DNA of 32,000 nucleotides from Mycoplasma mycoides subsp. capri (GTDB lineage Bacteria; Bacillota_I; Bacilli_A; Mycoplasmatales; Mycoplasmataceae): NCBI RefSeq assembly GCF_018389705.1, contig NZ_CP065581.1, positions 180,001 to 212,000 of the forward strand, read 5' to 3'. Shown piece by piece: positions 19,828 to 30,184 of this stretch (position 1 is its first letter; each line of letters starts with the position of its first letter). The notes under the pieces were generated by a model. It saw only the letters and a program-made list of their open reading frames with translations, ran no database searches and was not told where the DNA came from. The position numbers and the translations under genes were made by a program.

Positions 19828-22800
19828 ATGAAAAAGTTATTAGCTGTATTAATTGGACTAACTCTTTTTACAACATCAGGTGTATCATATGTAGCTTATG
19901 ATAATATAACTTCTATTTCTGCAAATCAACACAATAATAGAAAGAATCTGTTATCTGAAATTGATAAAATTGAAAAAGATATTAAAGATAAAGAATCTAA
20001 TAGTGATAAACTAAGGCTAGGTAAATTAGATAAAGAAATAAGTATTAAGAATTTTCAAGCTTCTATTGACAAAATTAAAAAGCAAATTGCTGAAAAGCAA
20101 GATCAAATCAAAATAATTAAAGTTAAAAGAGATAAATTAGCTAAAGATTTTGCTGAAGTTGACAAAAAACTTGCTCCACTAAAAGAACTTGATTCTAAAC
20201 AACAAGATCAAATCAAAAAATTAGAGGATAAAATAACTTCTGATAAAAAATCAATTGAAGAAAATAAAAAAATATTAGTTAAAGAAACTGAAAAACTTAC
20301 CTCATTGACAAAAGAATTAAAAGATTCTGATGCTGTTCTAATAAAAAAACAAAGTGAGTTAAAAACTATACAAGATAAACTAGCTGACTTTGAAAAAATT
20401 GCTAAAGAATTAGAAGAAAAGCAGAATGAATTAAATAATGCAAGAGAAAAATTAGCTACTTTAGGTTTAATTCCAAAAGAGTTAGTAGAAGCTATTAAAC
20501 AAAAAGATTGACTAGAAAAACAAATTAAAAAAAATAAAGAAGATCTTACTTTAAAAAAATTAACTGAAGAAGAAGTTTTAAAGAAAATAGAAGAATTAAG
20601 TAAAGAACTTCCAACATTCGAATCTAACAACAAGAAATTAATAGAAGCTTATAATTCAAAAAAAACTGAAGTAGAAATTCTAAATAAAGAAGTCCAAGAA
20701 TTAGAAAAAGAAACAATAAAATTAAAAGAATTCTATAAAGAAAAAGTTTTTGTTCTAAAAACTCAATATGATAATTTATCAAAACAAAAACAAGATCTGC
20801 ATAACAAAATTTCAGATAGAACTAATTATAAGAACAAAATAGAATCAGAAATTAAGAACCTTAAAGATCAAATAGCTGAAATTGAAAGACAAACTGGTGA
20901 AAAACATCAAAGTATTGATAAGTTAGAAAAAGAATTAAAATCTTTAGCAGGTAAAAAAGAACAAGCTTTAAAAGAAATTAAACAATTAACTACAAAAATA
21001 TCTTCATACCATCAAAAAATAGAAGCTAAAGAAAAAGAAATATCAAAACTTAATAAACAAATAAAAGACAGAAAAGCAAACAAAAAGACTGTTGAGGATG
21101 GATTAAGTAGTCTAAAGAGATCTATTAAAAGAGTTGAAGCTGATATTATCTTAAAAGAATCTATTATTAAAGAATCTGAAGACAGCATTTCTAAATTAGC
21201 TTCAAGTAAAAAACAACTTGAAGAAAATAAAAAACAAATAGAACAAAAAATTGACAATATTAAAAAAGAAATTGAAAATCTTGAACAAAAAATAGCTGAA
21301 AAAATTACTTCAAATGCTAATTCTAAAAAAGAATATGAAGATAAAATAGAAAAATTGAAAGAAACTGTTTCTGAATTTATAAAAGAAAAAGAAAAAATAA
21401 ACAAACAAATTCAAAATATAAATGAAGAAACAAATAAACAAAATGATCTTTTAGAAAAAACTAAAAAAGAAGAAACTAACTTAATAAGTACTAAAGAAGA
21501 ATTAAAGAGATCTCAAGTTGAAAAAGATAGAGAATATGAAGAAATTCTATCTAACTTATCTAAAGAAGAAAATGAGTTAAAAGTTAATACTAGTGAAAAA
21601 GAAAAATACGCTAAAGAATTTGAAAAAGCTAACAGACAAGCTTTAGAAAAACAAAAGGAACTTAGTGTTTTTGAAAACAAAGTAATAGCTTTAGAAAAAG
21701 TAAGAGATCAAAAAAATAAAGAAAATAGCAGTATAAGAAAACAAGTTGATTCATTAACTAGAATGATTGTTTCAAAAAATGAAGATTTAAATAAAGCAAA
21801 AACTGAGAAAGCTGATTTAGAAAAAGAAATTTCTAATATTGATAAGCAAATAGAATCTACTATTCAAAAGATTAATAAAGATAAGCAAGATAATAAAGAT
21901 TTAATTTCTAAATTAACAAAAGAATTAGAAGAAAAACGAAAAGATATCGATAGATTAAAGAAATCTGCAGATGATATCAAAGACAAAACAACACCAATCA
22001 GTGCAATTGTCAATTCAAGAAAACAAGAATTAGACATGTTAATTAAGCAACATAAAGAATTAAAAGAAACTGTCAAAAGCTTAGAAAATAAACTTACAAC
22101 TGAAACTACTAATTTAGAAAAAATGAATTCTGAAATTGAACCAACTATAGTTGAACTAGGTAAGAAGAACGAAGAAGGTAAGGACATATTCTTATCTATT
22201 ACTAAATTACAAAAGCAAGTTGAATATTTATCAACTATTGATGAACAATTAAGTAAAGAAAAAACATCATTAGAAAATAAACTTAGAATTGTTGAAAAAG
22301 AAATATTAGAAAAAAAATTAAGTAAATCATCAGATGATATCAAAAATGCAAGCGCTACTATAGAAGGCTTAAAAAAATTTACAGAGTTTTTAAATAAACA
22401 AACTGAAGAAGAAAAAGAAGAATTAGCTATAGTTGTTAAAAAGAATCAAGAACTACAAAGTGAAATAGAAAAAGAGTCTAAAATAGTTGAATCTGCTGAA
22501 GCTGCTAATAAAAGATTGAAAAGAGAAGACAAAGAGCTAAAGGATAAACTTTCTGAATTAGTTAACAAGAAAAATAAATTAATTGAAAAAATTGATGAAA
22601 TTATTACTTTAAGTGTTGATCTTGAAAATATTTACAGAAATAATTTAAATATTGCAGGTAAAGCTAAAATTGAAATTGAACTAGCAAAAAGAACTCTTCA
22701 AACTTATGTTGAAACTCCAGTTGATCAATACAAGAATGATTTAAACAAAATTAGAAGAACTCATTTTAAAGCTATTGTAAAATGCTACAAAGATATCACA

Positions 22801-22890
22801 GATAATGAACAAAAAGCTGCTAAAAAATTAGAACAATTTAAAACTTCTATCGAAGATTTAAATAAACAAATAGAAGAATTTAACAAATAA
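19828..22890 (+). CDS. Membrane-anchored K/E-rich coiled-coil protein B (paralog of A), 1020 aa
   Basis: AAGGAG RBS. N-terminus MKKLLAVLIGLTLFTTSGVSYV parallels protein A. One in-frame TGA at 20509; I translated 20512-21360 by hand and found no stops. It begins 30 nt after gene A. Confidence 0.85.
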
Positions 22891-22907
22891 TAATATAAAC
22901 AAACATT

Positions 22908-22930
22908 AACTCATCTTAGGATGAGTTTTT
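22908..22930 (+). terminator. Rho-independent terminator after coiled-coil gene B
   Basis: aactcatc (22908-22915) pairs with gatgagtt (22920-22927), then a T run. Confidence 0.7.
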
Positions 22931-22967
22931 GTTACATAATTTATTTGATAAATAATTAGGAGGTTAT

Positions 22968-23873
22968 ATGAAAAGTGAAATTCTAATTAGTAAAGATAAT
23001 AAACAATTAGTTTTATATAAATGAGATGAAGTAATTAGACCACTAGCTGTAATTCAACTAGTTCATGGTAGTTGTGAACATATAAAAAGATATGAAGATT
23101 TTATAAAACAAATGAATCAAAATAATGTAATAGTAATTGGTATTGATCAAAGAGGTCATGGACAAACTAGTGTATTAAATAATGAACTTGGGTATTTTAA
23201 TAAAACTAAAGGTTGAGAGTGTTTAATACAAGATCAATTATTAGTTAATCAATATATTAAAACTAATTATTCTGATTTACCTATTTATATGTTTGGTCAT
23301 TCAATGGGAAGTTTTCTTGCTAGAAGTTATGCTATTAAATATAGTAATACTATTAAAGGATTAATTTTAAGTGGAACTAATCAAACTAATAGTTTTACTT
23401 TACTTTCAGCTTTATTATTAACAAAATTAACTTCTTTATTTTTAAAAGAAAAACAACCAAATAAAATTATCTGAAATATTAGTTATAAACAATTAAATAA
23501 AAAGTTTAAAACTAATAATAGTAATGGAGTTGAATGACTAACTAGAGATACAAATATTCAAAATCAATTTTTAAATGATAAATTATGTGGGTTTGTATTT
23601 AGTAGTAGTGCTTTTAAAGATATGTTTAAAGGAATGTTATTTAACTTAAAAACTAAAAACATAAAAAAGATGAATCATGATCTAAGAATTTTATTACTAA
23701 CTGGTAGTGATGATCCTGTAAGTCATTATAGTAAAGATGTAATTAAACTAAATAATAAATTAGAAAAATTGGGTTATAATTCAAAACTAATTATTTATAA
23801 AGATTCTAGACATGAAATCTTAAATGAATTAGATAAAGATTTAGTAATTAGAGATATTTTAAAATTTATGTAA
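22968..23873 (+). CDS. Alpha/beta-hydrolase, lysophospholipase / monoglyceride-lipase-like, 301 aa
   Basis: AGGAGG RBS. Oxyanion LVHGSCEH, nucleophile elbow GHSMG, acid GSDDPV and His DSRHEILNE. Three track ORFs share the frame and join via TGA. Confidence 0.8.
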
Positions 23874-23927
23874 TTTATTAATTTTTATCTTTATAATATA
23901 ACTAATAAATAGAAAAAGAGTAGAAAT

Positions 23928-24392
23928 ATGCTGCCAAAAGATCTTGATTTTAAGCTACAAATTATAGAAGAACATAAAAAAGGAGCTTCAGTTAAAGCTT
24001 TATCAGATAAATATAATATTGGTATTTGAACAATCAGAGATTGGATTCACCAGTATAAAATGTTTGCTGAGCAAGGAATTAGTAAAAGTGTAGTTCATAC
24101 TAAATATGATCCAGAGTTTAAATTACATGTTATTAATCATAAAAAAGAATATAACTTAAGCTATCCAGAAACTATAAAATTATTTAGTATTAAAAACTCT
24201 TCAACTGTTGCTTTGTGAGAAAAACAGTTTAAAGAAAAAGGAATACAAGGTTTAAGTAATCAAATCGGCAGACCCAAAAACAGCTCTACTTCTTATAAAC
24301 AGCTCTTTTTACAATTAGAAGAAAAAATTGCTGATTTAGAACATCAAATTGATGAACTAAAACAGCAATTAAATATAAAAGATACAAAATAA
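23928..24392 (+). CDS. Solo IS3-family (IS150-group-like) transposase OrfA-type HTH protein, 154 aa; no OrfB follows
   Basis: Two HTH-like segments (GASVKALSDKYNIGIWTIRDWIHQYK and LSYPETIKLFSIKNSSTVALWEKQFKEKG), then GRPK and a leucine-zipper-like tail LEEKIADLEHQIDELKQQL. A terminator and deoD follow immediately. Confidence 0.7.
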
Positions 24393-24412
24393 ACATACTT
24401 ATAAAAAATTAG

Positions 24413-24441
24413 ACCTTAGCAAACAAAAAGCTAAGGTTTTT
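24413..24441. terminator. Bidirectional hairpin terminator shared by orfA (+) and deoD (-)
   Basis: accttagc (24413-24420) pairs with gctaaggt (24430-24437), with an A run upstream and a T run downstream. Confidence 0.7.
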
Positions 24442-25093
24442 AATTTGCAAATAGTTTTTCTAAAACATCTTGATACATTTTTAGTGTAGCTATTTCTCTT
24501 TGTTTTGCAGTTAAATCATTTGAATGATCATTTAAATTATCTGAAACAGTTAAAATAGTTGCTGCCTTTTTATTAAAATGATTTGCTAAATAAAATAAGG
24601 CAAAACTTTCCATATCAACAACATCTAAATTATGTTCTTTTATATCTAGTTTAGATAATCTGTAAAACACATCACTACAGTGAACATTTGCTTTTAAACC
24701 AATATTTAGATCTAAACTAGGTTGATTTTTTTGTCATCCTGTTTTATTTGGTTCAAAAATATTAACTTCACTAAAAGCATTTTTAGCTTCAATTACACTT
24801 CCTATTTTAATATCGTTATTATATGTTCCACAAGTTCCAACTCTAATAATAGTATTAACATTATGATCATTAAATAACTCATGAACATAAATAGCAATTG
24901 ATGGTTGACCCATTCCACTAGTAGCAAAACTAACTTTATGGTTTTTATAATACCCAGTATAAACAAAAGCATTTCTTATTTCACTTACTAATTTATAATC
25001 AGTTAGTAAGTTTTCTGCTGCTCATTTAGTTCTTTTTGGATCTCCTGCAATTAGTACAATATTAGCAATATCGGCATTTTTATCAATATGCAT
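24440..25093 (-). CDS. deoD: Purine nucleoside phosphorylase, DeoD type, 217 aa
   Basis: AGGAGA RBS. Reverse translation gives MHIDKNADIANIVLIAGDPKRTKW..., SGMGQPSIAIYVHEL, IRVGTCG and VDMESFAL, which are PNP family-1 blocks. Confidence 0.9.
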
Positions 25094-25295
25094 ATTTTTT
25101 TCTCCTAACTAAAGTTTATTTATATCTATTTATAGATTACTAAAAACAAATAAGTTAATAAAAGTTTTAAACTAGTTTTTTACTAGTTTTAATTAATTTT
25201 TTTAAATATTTTTAATTTTTAATCACTTTTTAAATTTTTTTTCTAATACTATAATGAAAGCAAAATAAGCTTTAATTATTTTATTAAATTTTAAA

Positions 25296-26276
25296 TTATT
25301 TATTATATCTAGTTAAAAGAGTGTTAAATACTAAATTATCATCTTCAGTTCTAATATAAGTTTTTAAAAGATCAATTAAAATTTTTGAACGAAAAATAAT
25401 AAAAAAATAATTTATAAGTAATTTTTTAAAAGTTTTTTCTAATACATTAATAGAAAGGATAAATGAGTTATTCTCAAACACTTCTTTAATTGCATTAACT
25501 AAATGTGTTTCATTTAAAGTTAGATTATATAAATGTCAGTTTAAATCAGTTGTAAAGTTATTTTTAAAAATTTTAATCAGTTGTTGTTGTAAATCATTAA
25601 TGTTATTAATATCTTCATATTCTAGTTCTAAAACTATTTGATGAGATCAATTTAATACAGTAAGTAAATAAGTTTTTTCATTCATTAAATCAATAAAAAC
25701 TGGTTTGTTATCAATTTCTAGTTGATCTTTTGGTATTTTATAAATTCTTTGGTTTTTATTAGTAATAACAAATTCAAATTTATCACTTATTATAAATACA
25801 TCTTTAAATTTATATTTATTTAAATCTATCTGTTGATTTATAAAAAATCTATTAATAGATGCAATTCTTAAAATATCTGAAAAAATAGTTGGATTAGTTT
25901 TAATAATAAAATCATTATTAATATCAAAATTAGTGTTTAATACTAATCTGTGTCTGTGTTTGTGATCTAAAACTTTTTGTAAGAATTCATTTTTAAATTT
26001 ATTTTGATTAATAATATTTGTAAAAAAACTGTTTTTAGTTAAAAGGTTAACTTCTTTATTTATAAAGTCTAAATAAATATCAAAATTTAACATATAATAA
26101 CCAACTAAATCACCCTTTAAACAATAATACTTTAAAGCTCTATTTCAATTAGCTGAAGTATATAAACTATTTAGAATATAACTTGGAATTTGTTCAAAGA
26201 CTTGATCACCAATTAAATAGTTATCATCTAGTTTATTTATTTGGATTAGAACTGAGTGTGTAGCATAATAAAACAT
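25296..26276 (-). CDS. Hypothetical protein, 326 aa, no recognisable family
   Basis: Track ORFs 25296-25481 and 25647-26093 are in one frame and join through TGA codons back to ATG 26276. N/I/F/K-rich, no TM or signal, with a short HKHRHR patch. Divergent from fruR. Confidence 0.6.
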
Positions 26277-26350
26277 ATATTTTTTCTTTCTATTAATAAA
26301 TTTAACAAAAAATAGACTAGTTATTAAGTTTAAGTTAATAAAGATTGTAG

Positions 26351-26390
26351 TTGGTTTTATTTGGTGTAATTTGGATTTTTTTGGTTTATT
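26351..26390 (+). promoter_or_regulatory. Four phased 10-bp direct repeats (TTGGnnnnnn), candidate DeoR/FruR operator of the fru operon
   Basis: ttggttttat / ttggtgtaat / ttggattttt / ttggtttatt are exactly contiguous. They end 16 nt upstream of a TATAAT box (26407-26412) and 40 nt upstream of the fruR ATG. Confidence 0.5.
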
Positions 26391-26429
26391 TTAGAAAATA
26401 GTTGTTTATAATAAAATCGAGGGATTCAT

Positions 26430-27128
26430 ATGATTAAAGAACAAAGATACAAAGAGATTTTAAAAAAACTAGAAATAAATGAATTACTTTCTTTAGATTT
26501 TCTATCAACTGATTTAAATATTCCCTTAACTACTTTAAGAAGAGATCTTAAAGAACTAGAACAAAGACATAAAGTTATTAGAACGCATGGAGGAGTACAA
26601 CTTAATAAAAGTAATTTAATTGTTGAAGATTATTTAGATAATAAGATTAATTTAAATATCCAAGCTAAACAACAAATTGCTATTAAAGCTCTTAAAAAAA
26701 TTAAACCTAAAACTTGTATTTTTTTAGATTCAGGCTCAACAACTTATTATTTAGCAAAAATCTTAGATCCTAATTTAGATTTAAAAATTGTTACTAATTC
26801 AATTTTAAATGTTCAAGAATTAAGTAAAAATAATCATCAAAATATTTACTTATTAGGTGGAAAATATCAAGTAGTTACTAGTTCTATTTTAGGTTATCAA
26901 GCAGTCAATGATTTAAAAAACTATTCTTTTGATTTAAGTTTTATTGGCATTAATGCAGTTGATGATCAAAATAATATTTATACAACTAGTGATGATCATG
27001 CTCAATTAAAAATTCAAGTGATTAAAAATTCAAATAAAAGTTATGGGTTAGTTGATCAATCTAAAAAACATTCTAAATCATTTTATAAATTTGCTACAAA
27101 CTTAGAACTAGAACTAATTGAAGATTAA
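26430..27128 (+). CDS. fruR: DeoR-family transcriptional repressor of the fructose operon, 232 aa
   Basis: GAGGGA RBS. N-terminal HTH (RYKEILKKL...LSTDLNIPLTTLRRDLKELE) and a C-terminal DeoR sugar-phosphate sensor domain (FLDSGSTTYYLAK). First gene of the fruR-fruK-fruA order. Confidence 0.85.
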   Translation: MIKEQRYKEILKKLEINELLSLDFLSTDLNIPLTTLRRDLKELEQRHKVIRTHGGVQLNKSNLIVEDYLDNKINLNIQAKQQIAIKALKKIKPKTCIFLDSGSTTYYLAKILDPNLDLKIVTNSILNVQELSKNNHQNIYLLGGKYQVVTSSILGYQAVNDLKNYSFDLSFIGINAVDDQNNIYTTSDDHAQLKIQVIKNSNKSYGLVDQSKKHSKSFYKFATNLELELIED

Positions 27129-28063
27129 TGATTTATACAATTACTTTAAACCCTGCTATTGATTGTGTAATTGAAACTAATCAAATAGATTTTAATAATA
27201 CTAACTATTATTCAAATAGTTATTCATTAATTGGTGGTAAGGGAATTAATGTAGCAATTATTTTAAATAATTTAAAAAATGATGTTATAAGTACAGGTTT
27301 TTTAGGTAAGAATAATAGTGATCAATTTTTTGATAAATTTATAGAATTGAATTTAAAAAATCATTTCTTTTTATATGATGGTGTAACTAGAACTAATTTT
27401 AAAATTAAAAATTTAAATACTTTTGATGAAATAGAGCTAAACGGTGTTGGGTGTGATCTGAAATCAAGTTATTTAAATAAGCTTTTAAAATATCTTAAAG
27501 ATAATTTAAATAAAAATGATATTGTTATAGCTAGTGGAAGTATTAATAAATCATTTAATGATAATGTTTATCAAATTATAGGTGATCTTGTTAATAAAAA
27601 ACAAGCTTTATTTATTTTAGATACTTCTAAAAAATATCTTTTAGAAGGTTTAAAAACAAAACCATTTTTAATTAAACCAAACATTAGTGAATTATTTGCG
27701 GTTTTTAATGAACCTATTAGTTATGAATTTGATCAAATTTATAAAAAAATCAAACAACTACAAAGTTTAGGAGCCAGAAATATTTTATTAAGTATGGCAA
27801 GTAAGGGAAGTTATTATTTTTCAGAAAGCAATGATATTTATAAAATAGGAGTTGGGCAAGGAAAACTAGTTAATTCAACTGGAGCTGGTGATTCAATGTT
27901 GGCTGGATTTATTCATGGATTAAATCAACAATTAGATATTATAAAAACTTTAAAATATGCTGCTAGTTGCGGTTCAAGTACTGCTTTTAGTAAATGACTA
28001 GCAACAAAAAAAGAAATTAATAAGCAATTAAAAAATATTGAAGTTAAAAAAATAGAAAGGTAG
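27128..28063 (+). CDS. fruK: 1-phosphofructokinase (PfkB family), 311 aa
   Basis: TAATG overlap with fruR. MIYTITLNPAIDC, GGKGINVA and the C-terminal GAGDSMLAG motif. Confidence 0.9.
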
Positions 28064-28065
28064 TT

Positions 28066-30102
28066 ATGCAAATAAAAGATTTATTTAATCAAAATACTTC
28101 TTTTTTTAAACAAGAATTTAAAACAAAAACACAAATAATTGATTTTTTAGTTTCAAAATTGTTTGAACAAAAAATTATTAGTAAAAAAACTGCAGTTTTA
28201 AATGCAATTAAAACAAGAGAAAAATTAGAATCAACTGCAATTGGTGATGGTATTGCAATTCCACATACATTAAATGAAGCAGTATTAAAACCAACAGTTT
28301 GTTTTATCAGTTTAAAAAACCCAATAAAATGAAATAATGATGATAACCAATTAGTTGATTTAGTTTTTTTAATAGTAACAAATGATCAAAATGGTGATGA
28401 TCATATAACTGCAATTGCAGGTCTTTCATCTAAATTTTTAGATTCTAATGTTTTAAATAAATTAAGAGAAATTGAAAATTTTGATGAATTAGTAGAAATT
28501 TTTAATGATAAAGAAGAATTAAAAGAAGAACAAATTAATAAAAATGAATTTTTTGATGTTGTTGGAATAACTGCTTGTCCTACAGGAATTGCTCATACAT
28601 ATCTAGCTAGTGATAAGTTAACTGAATATGCAAAAAGTTTAAATCTAAGCAGTAAGATTGAAACACAAGGAAGAAGAGGAATTGAAAACAAGTTAACTGA
28701 ACAAGATATTAAAAATGCTAAAGTGATTATTTTAGCTCATGATAAAGCAATTGAAGGAATGTCTAGATTTAATAATTGTAAAGTTATTGACACAAGTACA
28801 AAAGATGCAATTTATAATGGAAAAGAATTAATTTCTAATTTTGATACACATCCTAAATTAAAAGAAATTAAAAATATTAAAGCTGATGATTCAAATGTTG
28901 GAGAATTAAGCTTAAAAAAATTTAAAGACTTTAAAGGTAATTTATTAGGTGGAGTTTCTAGAATGCTACCTTTTGTAGTAGCTGGTGGAATTATTTTAGG
29001 GATTGCTTTTTTATTAGATTTTATTACTGGTAATGGTAATGCTAAAGGTGATTTTGGAACAGTTAATAAAGTTTCTGGTTGATTTGCAGCAATTGGTAAA
29101 ACTGCAATGATGATGATGGTTCCAATACTTGGTGGTTATATTGCTTATGCGATTGTAGGACCACAAGGATTAATGCCTGGTGTTGTAGCTGGACTATTAG
29201 CAGATAATACAGGTGGTTTTGCATATGGAACTATAGGATCTTGATCTGGATTATGAAAAAGAATTCTACCAGATCATTTACCAACTAGTTCAGGATTTAT
29301 TGGTGCTATGGTTGGAGGTTATTTAGCTGCTTTTATTGTTTTTGGTCTGACTATAGGAATGCAAAAATTTAAAAAACCATTTCATGGTGTAAGAGATATA
29401 GTATTTATTCCAATTTTATCTTTATTAGGAATTTCTTTAACTATGTTTGTGTTAAATATACCGCTTGGATATTTACTATATGGAATTCAATTAGGATTAA
29501 CTTATATGGCTAAAAATAATTTATTAATTATTTTAGGAGCTATTATAGGGTTAATGATGTGTGTTGATATGGGTGGTCCTATTAATAAGATTGCTTATGT
29601 TTTAGGAACAGCTTCAGTAGCAGGAACATTTGGACAAGAAGCTATATTTACAAATATTATGGCTGCTTCAATGGCTGGAGGAATGATTCCACCTTTAGGT
29701 ATTGCTTTATGTACAGTTTTATTTAAAAAAGTTTGAACCTCAAAAGAAAGAGATGCTGCAAAAGCAAATTGATTAATGGGATCATTTTTCATAAGTGAAG
29801 GAGCTATTCCATTTATGGTAACTGATCCAAAACATATTTCAGTTTCAGCTTTAAGTGGTGGATTTGTTACAGGTTTATTAGTTGGTGCATTTAAAATTAC
29901 TTTACCAGCTCCACATGGTGGAATATTTGTATTTCCTTTATTAAATTCAGAATTATTTACTCAACACAGTGTTGCTAAAGGTATGGGTATAGCTTTATTT
30001 ATACTAGCTATTTTAATAGGAACACTTGTAATGACATTAATACTAGGGTTCTGAAAAAAAGTAGATATTAATAAAGGACGTTTACAATTAGTTCAAGTTT
30101 AA
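28066..30102 (+). CDS. fruA: PTS fructose-specific EIIABC, 678 aa
   Basis: IIA (GDGIAIPH), IIB (ITACPTGIAHTYLA) and IIC (VDMGGPINKIA, ISEGAIPFM) domains. Five track ORFs share the frame and join through TGA. Confidence 0.92.
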
Positions 30103-30107
30103 AATAG

Positions 30108-30130
30108 ATCCTCTTTTTAAGAGGATTTTT
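30108..30130 (+). terminator. Rho-independent terminator after fruA
   Basis: atcctctt (30108-30115) pairs with aagaggat (30119-30126), then a T run. Confidence 0.75.
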
Positions 30131-30140
30131 AATTAGAAAT

Positions 30141-30172
30141 AAAAAATCCTATTTTATAACTAAAATAGGATT
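30141..30172 (-). terminator. Rho-independent terminator of deoA/pdp (minus strand)
   Basis: aatcctatttta (30145-30156) pairs with taaaataggatt (30161-30172). On the minus strand the stem is followed by T6 (complement of A30141-30146). Confidence 0.75.
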
Positions 30173-30184
30173 AATTATTATTCA

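Noticed and set aside
17607-22343. Six antisense ORFs of 80-159 aa (17607-17957, 18147-18512, 18737-18979, 20208-20633, 21012-21404, 21864-22343) rich in S/F/L
   Set aside because: They are the mirror image of the K/E-rich (AAA/GAA-dominated) sense frames. The reverse complement TTT/TTC/CTT is naturally stop-poor. There is no RBS and no motif, and all lie fully inside the two long sense CDSs.
16871-22890. A7-A9 runs inside the coiled-coil genes as phase-variation frameshift sites
   Set aside because: Such runs are an unavoidable by-product of Lys (AAA) rich coding in this genome. They occur throughout, and both genes are currently intact. There is no specific evidence for switching.
25169-25189. 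Palindromic hairpin aaactagt-ttttt-actagttt between deoD and the hypothetical gene as a terminator
   Set aside because: On the minus strand, the relevant orientation for the upstream hypothetical gene, the stem is not followed by a U run. It is a possible weak terminator or protein-binding palindrome, but not supportable as a feature.
29595-29792. Minus-strand 65-aa ORF inside fruA
   Set aside because: The sense strand carries conserved IIC motifs, and the antisense ORF has no start context.
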